Positions 10,461 to 21,432 of a DNA stretch of 64,000 nt are shown here, in pieces. Numbering within the stretch: position 1 is the stretch's first letter; each line of letters opens with the position of its first letter. The notes beneath the pieces were generated by a model, which saw only the letters and a list, made by a program, of their open reading frames with translations, was not told the origin of the DNA and did not search any database. The stretch lies in contig NC_079239.1 in the NCBI RefSeq assembly GCF_027921745.1, positions 2,790,001-2,854,000 of the forward strand. Reading direction: 5' to 3'. Both the position numbers and the translations under genes were made by a program. The DNA comes from Schizosaccharomyces osmophilus (taxonomy: Eukaryota).

Positions 10461-13400
10461 ATGGTGTATACAAAGGCTTGGTTTTTGCATAATATCGCTC
10501 GACAAACCTTGGGCAAAAATGTCGCTGTCCATCGTCCTCCTCTAAAATTATCAAATATGACAAATTGGATTCAACAGCAGCAAGCTCAAGCAAATCTTTC
10601 TACCTCGTCGTCTTCCATACAAAACCTTCCTGAACATTATTACGTTTCCGAGGAAGATTACTTATCCTTTGAACGTGGATTCCCAATCAGCATCCGTGAT
10701 CCTCCTCTCTCTGACCCAAAGCAGTCTATCTCTTCTCAAAACCATTCTAAATATTTCGATGCCAATGGTATTTCCCATCTTTCCCACCTTCCATCTTCGC
10801 TTCCTAGCGTATGCGAACCCCTAACGCCTGAGGAATTAGCCAACACTCCTCACGAGCTTGCTTATTCTACCTCCCCTCTCTCTTTAGAGACCCCGTCTGC
10901 TATGACCAGTCCTTCTTTAGATCAATCTTGCCCTCCTTCTTTGGAATCTTCCTTTGCTTCTTTACCTCCCAGCTCTTTTTCCTCTTCAGAAAACTTTGTT
11001 TCTTTTTTGCAGCGTCTCTCCCACAGCGACCTCTCCATTCACACCTTTGAGCTGTACAAGATTGCTTGCGATTCCCCCGGGGTCTTAAACTTGCGCGCAT
11101 TTAATACCATTCTTGAGTGCATGACCAACAATGATTATTATATTACTTCTTCGAAGAATATGCAAAAACTAATTCGTGTTTATGTGGACATGCTAAATCA
11201 CTTTCTTGTTCCAGATGCTAAAACTTTTGAAACTGTCATCACCGCCTTGTGCCGACGTGCAGAGGTCATTGATGATAGAAGCAACTTTCTTGTAAGTCGT
11301 ACCTCGTTGGCCCAGTCCCACATTGTTAAGGATCTACAAACTGAGTTGTCGGATTTACGCTCTGAGATGCCCTTGCAGACGGCTGTTTTTATGTACACTT
11401 CTAGCTTGATCAACCACGGCATTTCTTATTCCAGTTCTTTTTATGCATATTTCATCGACTCAATCGCTCGTTATGGAACTTCTAGCCAGTTAAAATCTTT
11501 ATTGGAGAACATTCCTTTCGAGTCCATCCAAGCTGACAGCCATCCAAACTTACTTCCCGCTCTCATTCGTGCTTTTGGAAAAGCAAAGAGACTTGAAGTT
11601 TGCTTTCAGCTTTTACAGACTTACAATTTATCCGATCCCACCAGTAACTCGGATAGCGCGAATGTCGATTCCTGGGAAGCCCTCATGGAATCCTACTTTG
11701 AGACAAATCACTTTGCGGAAGCAATTAAACTCATGGAGTCATTTTTCAAAAGTACTGCGCATGAACAAACAATCCCTTCATCTGTCGTTAATTGCTTCCT
11801 TCGCAGACTCTCTCATCTAGGAGATTACAAAGAGGCTGCCTACTGGCTAGATTTAGCCTTGGACAAAATCGACACCTATCAAAAGGATTCTTCCGTTCTC
11901 TCCTTCATCTTGGGGGCTGCTTGCAAAGCAAAAGACGTAGATTTTGCGATAGCTTTTGTTCGGAAATTTACACTTGCTCAGTATATGGAAGAACACAAGG
12001 TCCTTTTACAATATCTGCAATTATTGGTGGATACCAATAACATCGATATTTTGAGATTACATGCCTACCCGGTAATTAACTCTGTCTCTTTATACACCAA
12101 TTTTAACTTTTCCACTATCTATAAAGCTTTTGTTGATAATGGACATGTCAGCCTTGCTTTACGCTTGCTTAAAAAGCACGTGGAACCGAGAGCTGCGACT
12201 CCTAGCAATATTCCATCAGTGAACACAACGGCTTTGCAACTGTCGGTTTTGAATGGCTTTTGGGATATTTTGCCTAAATCGCTTCAAAATGATTCCGAGG
12301 TTTTAATTCAATTGCTATCCATCTTGGAGAGTCAAGTCAATTTTCCTCAGGTTGATTTCATTGCTCCCTTGCTTCACACATCTGTGCAGAGCATAAACAA
12401 ATCTACAGTGAATTTAAACTCATTTTCGCCTAGGACATTTGGATATCTTCTTGAATATGCGGCTTTTAATGTTGTCCAAACTGAAGGATCAGCTTCCAGT
12501 AAGCGAGACTTGAAGGAATTATTACGGGTTTTCTCTAGTAAGAAATATCCTGCCACCTTTAAGAATGTTCATATTTTACTTCGTTCCTTCTCTTACTTGA
12601 GAGATGATGAGTATCTGGTTGAACTTGTGCGTGATAATATTGTCTCTGAGGCCGTCATTGGGTTTTCCACCGATAATAAAGGTCAAAAAATTTTGGCAGA
12701 TATTTCGCAAGTTTGCTATTTCTTTGATCACTTTCAATTTATTGATCATGAAGTTAATTCTAATGTTTCAAAAATGATATCGGGTACTGCGTCCGAGCGA
12801 ATTGATGCTAACTTGCTATTTTTCCAATTTGGAAAATTAATTGAAAATAGTAAGTTTCTACACCCTGAAGCTTATCCCTCCTTGATATCAGCTCTGAGTA
12901 AGCACAAACAATTTGACGCCGTCCGTCGTGTATTTGAACACTCAAAATTGTTTTATCGTAAGATACGTGCGTCGTCTCCTGAAAAGGCCAGTTGGTTTAT
13001 GGCTTTAGTATTAGACTCAATGGTGCTATCATCCTCTTTTTCCCGTGATTTCAGAGGTTCATCTATGTTTTGTGACCAAATGAAAGCTATAGGCTACATT
13101 CCTCGAGCATCTACTTTTGCGCATTTGATTAACAACTCCACGAAACGTGGGGACACCGACGATGCTACCACTGCTTTGAAGATATTTGAGGAAACTAAAC
13201 GTCATAACGTTAAGCCTTCTGTTTTTCTTTATAATGCTGTTCTCTCCAAACTAGGTCGAGCTCGTCGTACTACCGAATGCTGGAAGCTTTTCCAGGAAAT
13301 GAAGGAATATGGTTTGCTCCCTACTAGCGTGACCTATGGAACAGTCATTAATGCTGCTTGCCGAATTGGTGATGAAGCTTTAGCTGAAAGGTTGTTTTGC

Positions 13401-14225
13401 GAAATGGAAAATCAATCCAACTATCAACCTCGTGTTGCACCTTATAACACCATGATCCAATTCGAAGTCCAAACTATGTATAACCGAGAGAAGGCGTTAT
13501 ACTATTACAATCGATTGTGCTCGACTGATATACAGCCTTCCCCACATACATACAAATTGCTCATGGATGCATATGGCATGCTTGAACCTGTCGATGTTAC
13601 ATCGGTCGAGGCGATACTCGAGCTAATGGAGCGAACTAATGTTAAGGTTCTTCCAATGCACTATGCTGCCTACATTCATATACTTGGTATCGTAATGTCT
13701 GATGTTCAAGCAGCTAATAAATGCTATCTTATCGCACTTGCGAAACACGAAGCTGGGGAGATTCGACTGGACGCAAATCTTTTCCAATCTCAGATAGAAT
13801 CCTTAATTGCTAACGATCGCATCATTGAAAGAGTTCAAATCGTTTCTGATATGAAAAAGTATGGCGTGTCTTTAAACGCTTACATTGTAAATGCTCTGAT
13901 TAAGGGTTTTACGAAAATTGGAATGATCAGTAAAGCCAGATACTACTTTGACCTTTTGGATTGTGGTGGTATGTCTGGTAAAGAGCCTAGTACTTATGAG
14001 AATATGGTTCGTGCATATTTGAGCGTCAACGACACAGAAGAAGCTGTCGAAATTGTTGAACAGCTGAAACGGAAGCGCTATCCAGCTCCCGTTCTAAATA
14101 GGATATCTTCTCTTGTAAACAATTACATGTTACAAAAGCCTAAGAGAAGAACGAATCACTACAAGCCTTATTTGCATTCCGTTTCAAGTGAGAGAAATTT
14201 GACACCGTGTAGTCAAATGGCATAG
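10461..14225 (+). CDS. ppr5: Mitochondrial pentatricopeptide-repeat protein
   Basis: First ATG is at 10461 (MVYTKAWFLH). C-terminal PPR repeats include PSVFLYNAVLSKLGRARR, PTSVTYGTVINAACRIGD, PRVAPYNTMI, PSPHTYKLLMDAYG and LNAYIVNALIKGF. Confidence 0.88.
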   Translation: MVYTKAWFLHNIARQTLGKNVAVHRPPLKLSNMTNWIQQQQAQANLSTSSSSIQNLPEHYYVSEEDYLSFERGFPISIRDPPLSDPKQSISSQNHSKYFDANGISHLSHLPSSLPSVCEPLTPEELANTPHELAYSTSPLSLETPSAMTSPSLDQSCPPSLESSFASLPPSSFSSSENFVSFLQRLSHSDLSIHTFELYKIACDSPGVLNLRAFNTILECMTNNDYYITSSKNMQKLIRVYVDMLNHFLVPDAKTFETVITALCRRAEVIDDRSNFLVSRTSLAQSHIVKDLQTELSDLRSEMPLQTAVFMYTSSLINHGISYSSSFYAYFIDSIARYGTSSQLKSLLENIPFESIQADSHPNLLPALIRAFGKAKRLEVCFQLLQTYNLSDPTSNSDSANVDSWEALMESYFETNHFAEAIKLMESFFKSTAHEQTIPSSVVNCFLRRLSHLGDYKEAAYWLDLALDKIDTYQKDSSVLSFILGAACKAKDVDFAIAFVRKFTLAQYMEEHKVLLQYLQLLVDTNNIDILRLHAYPVINSVSLYTNFNFSTIYKAFVDNGHVSLALRLLKKHVEPRAATPSNIPSVNTTALQLSVLNGFWDILPKSLQNDSEVLIQLLSILESQVNFPQVDFIAPLLHTSVQSINKSTVNLNSFSPRTFGYLLEYAAFNVVQTEGSASSKRDLKELLRVFSSKKYPATFKNVHILLRSFSYLRDDEYLVELVRDNIVSEAVIGFSTDNKGQKILADISQVCYFFDHFQFIDHEVNSNVSKMISGTASERIDANLLFFQFGKLIENSKFLHPEAYPSLISALSKHKQFDAVRRVFEHSKLFYRKIRASSPEKASWFMALVLDSMVLSSSFSRDFRGSSMFCDQMKAIGYIPRASTFAHLINNSTKRGDTDDATTALKIFEETKRHNVKPSVFLYNAVLSKLGRARRTTECWKLFQEMKEYGLLPTSVTYGTVINAACRIGDEALAERLFCEMENQSNYQPRVAPYNTMIQFEVQTMYNREKALYYYNRLCSTDIQPSPHTYKLLMDAYGMLEPVDVTSVEAILELMERTNVKVLPMHYAAYIHILGIVMSDVQAANKCYLIALAKHEAGEIRLDANLFQSQIESLIANDRIIERVQIVSDMKKYGVSLNAYIVNALIKGFTKIGMISKARYYFDLLDCGGMSGKEPSTYENMVRAYLSVNDTEEAVEIVEQLKRKRYPAPVLNRISSLVNNYMLQKPKRRTNHYKPYLHSVSSERNLTPCSQMA

Positions 14226-14533
14226 GCTTGCGCGGGATTATTATTTATCCTGGGTTTTTTTTGTTGATGTATACTCTCGATCGCTAAGAGTATGCGAAAG
14301 CATTGTTTATCTGTTGTAAATTATTCAAATTTTAGACGCCCTCATAGAATTATAGACGTTATAGATTTATAGATGTTTGAATGTAAAGAAAAAATAGAGA
14401 TATAATTATCAATCTAGCTACATTTCATGGGATCCACGTATAGAGAATATATGATTAGGCGTAAAAGATAACTCGGCATTTCATAACAATATGAACAAAA
14501 TGAATTAAAGGAAAGATTAAACAAAGTAATTTA

Positions 14534-16246
14534 TCAAAAAAGTGAATTGATGAATTCCATTTTTGAGGACTTTTCGATTTTTATATTGTGGGATTTTTTG
14601 TACACATTTAGTGTCTTTATGAAATTAAGATCACCAAAATCTTGTTGCTGTTCGAACTTTAGGATTACATCCAAAGCTTTTGATGCGTCTTTGAGTGAGA
14701 CGCTTGGCTCGATGATTTCATCTTCGTCTGTTTCAAAATCGCGATCAGGAAGAAATTGAGCTGCAATCTGACTAACCAACTGTCCGTTTCGGTCTTGACT
14801 TAATTCTTCAGGAGGATCGATGAAGTTTTCAATGTCGGCAGTTTTCTGAGGATCAAATCTAGAAACAGTCTGCTGTAATTGAGAAACTATCCGTGAAGTT
14901 TCAAAGGGTTCTGGTTCTGCCTCTAGTAATGGGCCCAGCACACCAGAGCGACGAAAATATCCAGCGATAGTAGCAGGTTCTATTTGATAGTCCCATATAT
15001 CCACCATCCAGCGAACAGCTTGTAGTATGTTTACAGAATGCAAAGGATTAATGTCTTTTTCTGTTTTCAGAAGAATATCGTAGATCCAAAACCGACGGTA
15101 ATGAGCCTTAAAAGTTTTGTTGATACCTTGCTCGCAAGGATTAGATATGCTTGTCATATTCGGAGGCAATAGGACAACCAATACATTATTTAGAGGATAT
15201 TTAGAATTTCTGATATTTTCTATACTTGTCTGGTGGACACTGGAAGTATCCAGCAATAACAGTACGCTTCTGCCTTCCATTTGAGAATCAAACCATCGAA
15301 GCCATTCTTCCATGATGGAGTCGCTCATCATGGCTACCCCATTATGTCTCCATATTATATTTAAATTATGAGGAGGAATTTTGGCAGCCCGAAAAGCTCT
15401 TGGTTCTTTGGAATATCCAATGATCCATAAAGGCAAACGCTCTGTTCCATCGGCGTTACAGCAAATCGTCACAGTGACAAATGCTTTGTTTCGTTCAACA
15501 CCCGCAACATTATTTTTTCTAATAATGCGTTTGGGGGTGAGTTTCCAGAAGAAGGATATTTCGTCCATGTTGTAGATGTCGCGAACGGCATAACGATTTT
15601 TTAGCTCGTGAATGCGTACTACATCGCTAACCGGCTGCGATCCAGTGTCGTCGAGAATAGGCGGCCTATTGGGTAGAGGAAGATGGTTTTGGGTATGCGT
15701 ATGGGAAGAAGATTCAGCAGACTCTAATGAATTATGGGATACTTGCTGAAGACTGACAGGACGCAATACTTCTTGCGGCGATAATTGCGAAGAAGTAGTG
15801 GTGAAGACTTCTTTTTGGGTTAGGAAAGGATGTCGCTTTTTAAATTTCTCTAGCCAACCATTACTAAATGCAGGGGGTGGTTGATTTTGATAGACAGGTA
15901 TTTCTTTCCACAGTTCCATCGCTGCATGCCGTATAGACTCACTACTCACAGACACATTTTGTTGTTCCATTCGTAGTCGCCATTCAGCTAACGCATTCTC
16001 CAAGACTGGAAATTTTGCAGGCCGCAGCTTTACTGCTCCTTCATTGACAATGTCAGTATGATCCAAGTAATCATATTTCAAAGACAATACTGTCGATATA
16101 GTAGCTTGCGAGATGTTTTTTTGAAACGTATCTTCAAACCATTCTTTTATTGCTTTTTGTCCAGGTTTACTTTCAAATCCGTTGTAAAAATTTCGTATGG
16201 CCTTTTTCTCTGCAATGGTAATTGCCTGCCTTCTCACAGGCGGCAT
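14534..16246 (-). CDS. CENP-B homologue (domesticated pogo/Tc5 transposase; Abp1/Cbh family, N-terminus most like Cbh2)
   Basis: N-terminal HTH (RRQAITIAEKKAIR...ISQATISTVLSLKYDYLD), CENP-B HTH (KFPVLENALAEW...FSNGWLEKFKKRH), DDE_1 domain (IYNMDEISFFW, CCNADGTERLPLWIIG, LLLLDTSSVH, LPPNMTSISNPCEQGI) and an acidic dimerisation tail. Confidence 0.92.
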   Translation of the reverse strand: MPPVRRQAITIAEKKAIRNFYNGFESKPGQKAIKEWFEDTFQKNISQATISTVLSLKYDYLDHTDIVNEGAVKLRPAKFPVLENALAEWRLRMEQQNVSVSSESIRHAAMELWKEIPVYQNQPPPAFSNGWLEKFKKRHPFLTQKEVFTTTSSQLSPQEVLRPVSLQQVSHNSLESAESSSHTHTQNHLPLPNRPPILDDTGSQPVSDVVRIHELKNRYAVRDIYNMDEISFFWKLTPKRIIRKNNVAGVERNKAFVTVTICCNADGTERLPLWIIGYSKEPRAFRAAKIPPHNLNIIWRHNGVAMMSDSIMEEWLRWFDSQMEGRSVLLLLDTSSVHQTSIENIRNSKYPLNNVLVVLLPPNMTSISNPCEQGINKTFKAHYRRFWIYDILLKTEKDINPLHSVNILQAVRWMVDIWDYQIEPATIAGYFRRSGVLGPLLEAEPEPFETSRIVSQLQQTVSRFDPQKTADIENFIDPPEELSQDRNGQLVSQIAAQFLPDRDFETDEDEIIEPSVSLKDASKALDVILKFEQQQDFGDLNFIKTLNVYKKSHNIKIEKSSKMEFINSLF

Positions 16247-17292
16247 TTTCTATTGCTTTTTATAATAAGAAGGCCACCCCCTTGTATGTATCTTCCGTAA
16301 GAGTCAAGTTCTAACAACTCGATATCGTTACGGCGAGGTAGTTCGAGGTCGAGGCTTCATAGTAATTGATGGATCCTTGTTTGTATTATACCGTGTAAAA
16401 GTCAAAGTAACATGGACGTGGGTTTAGCCTGCCAGTTCAATTTTGAGAAAGGACGATGTAGCTTGAGTGCTGAAATGGTTTATAACGTTCTTTACTTTTT
16501 TTTGGGGTTAAGTTTTTTCCTTAGCAGTCAGAGCATCAAGTGGTACTGATTCCTTGGTTCTTTAGGGAGACGAGTTTGGGGAGGTCTTCCTGAAATACTG
16601 CCAAAATGGCGCATGCCGTTTATTCTTTTGTAAATATATACACTTCTATCTACATGGGAAAAGTGTATTCAATGGAAGATGGTAGTACAAGCCTACAGCG
16701 TGCATGTCATACTACCATGGATGCCGCTTCTCTTGGCGGCTGCACAGGATGCAATAAAAAAGCCACAAAGTTGCTTCAAATGGTCTACTGTCGTTTACTG
16801 TCGCAATAGGAGAGAGCAATTCTATTTTATGTGTTAAAATTATTAAGAAAAGAGAGATTGAAGAGAAAATGCAACAAAGAGAGTTGAAGAAATTTCGAAT
16901 ATTACCGAATATTATTCTAATATATTATTTTAACGGAAGTATTTAGCAATGTTACCTGTTAAAGGTAAACATACAAAAGATTGACAATGAAAATCAAGCA
17001 ACGACAGGGTATAATGGCTCGCGAGTTACCAGTTCTTTATTTTCATTATCTAAATCCAAAATATGTCTACTAGTATATAATCTCTATGTCCAGGCATATA
17101 CTTCACAGGAGTTGTCGCTAGTCGACGCGAACGCATTATATGAAGCACCCATATGGACATCCAAAATCCCTCTTGGTAGCAGTACATGTAGAAAGTTTTT
17201 GGCCAAATACAAAATCCATCCTTTCTTCTTTTGTTTATAGGGAAAAACAACAAGCCAAACAAATCGAGATGAAAAAGAGTGAGAATAACAAT

Positions 17293-17330
17293 AAGAAAAG
17301 AAAAGAAAAGAAAAGAAAAGAAAAGAAAAA
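17293..17330 (+). repeat. (AAAAG)n microsatellite upstream of pdx3
   Basis: aagaaaagaaaagaaaagaaaagaaaagaaaagaaaaa read directly. Confidence 0.85.
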
Positions 17331-17521
17331 ATAATGATAATCAAAAACCATGCTATAATGGCAAGAGAAATATTGTAAACAAAAAAGTCGCACTATGATG
17401 TAAATTGTATTTTTTTCGCATACAGACAACGAGTAGGACAACCCAGCAAAAGAAAAAGAAATTAATGAACCTTCTTATTACTGAAAACGCGTCTTCGTAA
17501 GGATTCTTTCTTCCATACATT

Positions 17522-18307
17522 ATGAATCTTCAGTGGACTTGCAGGTTACATACGATGATGCGACTCGGTTCTCCCAGCATTCGACACTTTGTCACGAACC
17601 ATCCAAAAAAAATGTCAAATTCAACGGGTTCCACAAAAGAAAAGCTTATTTTTGCACCAAATCGCTATCAATACACTAAAGCAAGTCTTCATAAAGAGGA
17701 CTTGGAGGGTAAGGATCCATTGCTCTTGTTTAATGACTGGTTCCAAGAAGCTAGCAAAGACTCTGCTATTCAATCTCCAGAAAGTACTACTTTATCTTCA
17801 GCTCGTCTTCCTTCCGGCAGAGTATCTTCCCGCTTGGTATTGTTGAAAGAATTGGATCATAGAGGTTTTATTGTTTTTACCAATCTGGAAACCTCAAAGA
17901 AGGCTCAAGACTGGGAAACAAACCCCCATGCGTCTTTATCGTTTTGGTGGGAGTCTTTGCAACGTCAAGTGCGAATTGAGGGAATGGTCGAACGTCTCAG
18001 CCGCGAGGAAACAGAAGAGTACTTCCAAACTCGACCTCGCGTGTCTCGTATTGGCGCATGGGCTTCCCCACAGAGCACTGTAATCCAGGATCGTAAAGAG
18101 TTGGAGGAACGGGTTCGATTATACAAAGAAAAGTTTGGCGAAGACGAATCCGCTTTTGTACCTGCTCCTGAGTTTTGGGGCGGTATTCGCATTGTACCTC
18201 TAGAAATCGAGTTTTGGCAAGGTGGACAATACCGTCTGCATGATCGCTTCTCATTTCGCAGGGAAAATTTGGAAAGTGACTACCAATTGGTTCGTTTATC
18301 CCCTTGA
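17522..18307 (+). CDS. pdx3: Pyridoxamine 5'-phosphate oxidase
   Basis: SSRLVLLKELDHRGF, RQVRIEG, YFQTRPRVSRIGAWASPQS, WGG and IEFWQGGQYRLHDRF motifs. Confidence 0.95.
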   Translation: MNLQWTCRLHTMMRLGSPSIRHFVTNHPKKMSNSTGSTKEKLIFAPNRYQYTKASLHKEDLEGKDPLLLFNDWFQEASKDSAIQSPESTTLSSARLPSGRVSSRLVLLKELDHRGFIVFTNLETSKKAQDWETNPHASLSFWWESLQRQVRIEGMVERLSREETEEYFQTRPRVSRIGAWASPQSTVIQDRKELEERVRLYKEKFGEDESAFVPAPEFWGGIRIVPLEIEFWQGGQYRLHDRFSFRRENLESDYQLVRLSP

Positions 18308-19308
18308 TTCTTACTTTTTGACTCTACACATGCCCTGCGACCTATCCTTCTGAAAAAGTAATGTTGTTTTCTTTCTGTGGAATATGTATGAACCTTTTAA
18401 GATTATGATCACATTGCTTGACTATTTACAATCGGAAAGTCCTTCCCTAAATACTTGGTATTATTACAGGCCTTCCAAATACTCAACGAAGAGCGCTTTA
18501 TCTAATCTTCGATTCTTTTTGGGAGTCCTTTGTATACAATATTCAAGCCACTAGTTTTGAAACGACTTTTGATTTTTGAAGCTTTAAGGAAACCACCAAA
18601 AACATTTCCGGACCAGTCTAACATACTCTAATAAAAATTCAATTTTTACTAATCTTTTGCTGAATGTACAAAAGTAGAATACACTAATTTGATGTACAAA
18701 TGCAATAAAAGAAAACGAGAAGACATGTTTAGGAAATGCGAGAACAAAGGTACATGCTACTTGGCGAACTGATTTACACGGTAAAAATTGTACAAAAGCA
18801 TGTTCTTACAATAATACATGCAACACATAAAGATACATTAAGACTTTAATATGATATTATACATATTACTGTACGAAAATGTTTATAAACTAATCAAAAA
18901 CAAATTATACTCTTTGCTCAACCCTGACCTAAAGAACTAAAAGTTGCGAATAGAATTTACCCTTTGCCAACCGTGCTAGGCTGAAATTGTAAAAAAAGGA
19001 GAATTGGGGTTAGCAAAGCGGATAAATCAAAACTTGTTGAATACGCATTCACCAAAAGTATTTTTCATTTCACGTCTGCGTTATCCGATCACAGATCAAA
19101 GTGTTTAGGCCAAACGAATTTTGTAGCCTAAAAAAATTGATTTGATTGATTCACAAAGGTTTTCGAAATTCAGTACCTTAAAGGTTTCGCAATTCCGAGG
19201 ATAAAAAAGGATTCCAATTGGAAAACAGAGCAATTGCTACCTGTCCATATCAAAAACGGAACGTTTTTGTTTATTCAAGTGAAATTATATAAACAGTAGT
19301 GATTCAGT

Positions 19309-20610
19309 ATGCCTGCTATTACTGAGAAGAACCTTTTCACTAGTGAGTCGTTGCGTACGACGGAATTACTTGGCCACGTTAATGCAATCAATTCTGTGTC
19401 GACGTGGTCTTCGTCTGATCACTCTCGTCAGGCGGTTGGTGAGGCGTTTAAACGGATGATTACTGAGCTTGAGCAAACATCCCATGCCCAAGGAGAGCCT
19501 CTTGATGCTGATGCTTTTTTTGTAGCAGACCTGCATACTGTTTATCGCCAACTTATCCGCTGGCACACAAAGCTTCCCAGAGTTCAACCATTCTACGCTG
19601 TGAAGTGTAATCCCGATCCCCATGTGTTAGCGTTGTTGAATAAGTTTGGTACTGGCTTTGACTGCGCTTCCAAGGGGGAGATCGAGCAAGTATTGAACAT
19701 GGGCGTTCCTTCGGAAAAAATTGTTTATGCTAATCCTTGCAAAGCTATCACTTATATACGTTACTCAGCTGCAAAGGGAATTGATTTGATGACTTTTGAC
19801 AATGCCGATGAACTTTACAAGGTCAAACAACATCATCCCAATGCTCGTTTATTACTTCGCATTTCCACTGACGACTCTGGTAGTCTTTGCCGTTTAAGTT
19901 TGAAATTTGGTGCTTCTCTAGAAGACACTGGTTCTTTACTTGATTTGGCCAAGTCATTGGATTTGAACGTTGTAGGTGTCAGCTTTCACGTTGGCTCCGG
20001 TAGCTATGACCCATCGGCCTTCTTGGATGCTATTCGTCGATCTCGGTTTGTCTTTGATCAAGGTCTCGATCGAGGCTTTAAGTTTGATCTCCTCGATATT
20101 GGCGGTGGTTTTTCCAGTGATACATTTGACTCAGTTGCCGACTTAGTGCGTCCCGCTTTAGATACCTACTTTGACTCATCCGTTCGAATCATCTCTGAAC
20201 CCGGCCGGTTTTTTGTTGCTGGTGCTTTTACCTTGGCCGTGAACGTAATTGCGAAGCGTAAGCTCGCGGATGAGGAAAAGGTTATGTATTATGTTAATGA
20301 CGGCGTTTATGGAAGTCTAAATTGCATCTTGTTTGATCACCAGCATCCCGTTGCCAGAGTATTGAAGAAAGGAAGTCAATATCTTTACAACACGCATTTG
20401 AGCACCGGTAACCACCATTGCTCTATATGGGGACCTACCTGCGATTCATTGGATGCTATTGCTTCCGATGCACGCTTACCCTATGAGCTGAATGTTGGTG
20501 ATTGGATTTATTTCGACGATGCTGGTGCTTATACCGTGGCTGCTGCCAGTTGTTTTAACGGTTTTAAGACTAGCCGTATTGTATATCTTGAAACTGATAT
20601 CCTCGATTAA
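19309..20610 (+). CDS. spe1: Ornithine decarboxylase
   Basis: PFYAVKCN (PLP lysine), FDCASKGEI, GVSFHVGSG, LDIGGGF, SEPGRFFV, YVNDGVYGS and WGPTCDSLD motifs. Confidence 0.97.
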   Translation: MPAITEKNLFTSESLRTTELLGHVNAINSVSTWSSSDHSRQAVGEAFKRMITELEQTSHAQGEPLDADAFFVADLHTVYRQLIRWHTKLPRVQPFYAVKCNPDPHVLALLNKFGTGFDCASKGEIEQVLNMGVPSEKIVYANPCKAITYIRYSAAKGIDLMTFDNADELYKVKQHHPNARLLLRISTDDSGSLCRLSLKFGASLEDTGSLLDLAKSLDLNVVGVSFHVGSGSYDPSAFLDAIRRSRFVFDQGLDRGFKFDLLDIGGGFSSDTFDSVADLVRPALDTYFDSSVRIISEPGRFFVAGAFTLAVNVIAKRKLADEEKVMYYVNDGVYGSLNCILFDHQHPVARVLKKGSQYLYNTHLSTGNHHCSIWGPTCDSLDAIASDARLPYELNVGDWIYFDDAGAYTVAAASCFNGFKTSRIVYLETDILD

Positions 20611-21115
20611 AGTATTGTTTATTCACTATGCTTGTGAGTTTAACTGTCTAAATTATTGTTTTTTCTTTTGCCTCCTCCCTCTTTTATTTTAGCACAATCA
20701 TTATAGGATTAATACAAGGAAATAATATTTTCTGAAAGAGGAGCGAACTTTTAAAAAGCTAAATGTTTTCGTGTTTAAACAGATTTATTATTTGAATATT
20801 AATAATTAAAAATGATTAAAAAAAGAATTCGGTTCATAGATCCGTGTTCGTAGTGCATCGGGTTCATATGCGTAAGGAAGAGTAGATGTAAATTTCCAGC
20901 AGAATCATGCAAAAACTACAAAGGTTTATGTCGACTTGCTATGTTTGTTTAGGGACTAGCTATTTCATTCCATCTTGCAAACCTCAGTTCAAATTCAAAA
21001 CTCTGCATAAATTATAATAAATACATGCCTATGCCTCCTCATGCCCATATAATTGAAAGATAAATTACACCAAGTGGTTGACAGACAGTAACAAAAATGA
21101 TGATTCCGCCAAAGG

Positions 21116-21160
<45 letters not shown>

Positions 21161-21432
21161 AAAAGTAAGAACCGTACTTCTAGATAATATACATACAGGA
21201 TACCAAAGCAATAACTTGGAAAAATTGAACTTTTATATTTTCATTCGTGTCCTATTTTTTGTTTCCAACATTTGGTATAAAATCCATTATTTTATTTAAT
21301 CGTCAAAATATGATTCTTCACTTTCGTGATAAACAAAACATTATATGTAGCCATAAACAATTGATTTCTCAATCGTATACAAAATATCTAGTCAAATGAG
21401 AGAGTGGATGCAGATGTAATTTGATCAAAAAT

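Noticed and set aside
14226..16600. Active pogo DNA transposon around the CENP-B-like ORF
   Set aside because: No terminal inverted repeats seen, and the protein has the domesticated Abp1/Cbh architecture including the C-terminal dimerisation region.
20829..20875. GGTTC-containing stretch suggestive of a tRNA or B-box (similar GTTCGA near 16340)
   Set aside because: No cloverleaf, acceptor stem or A-box could be built.
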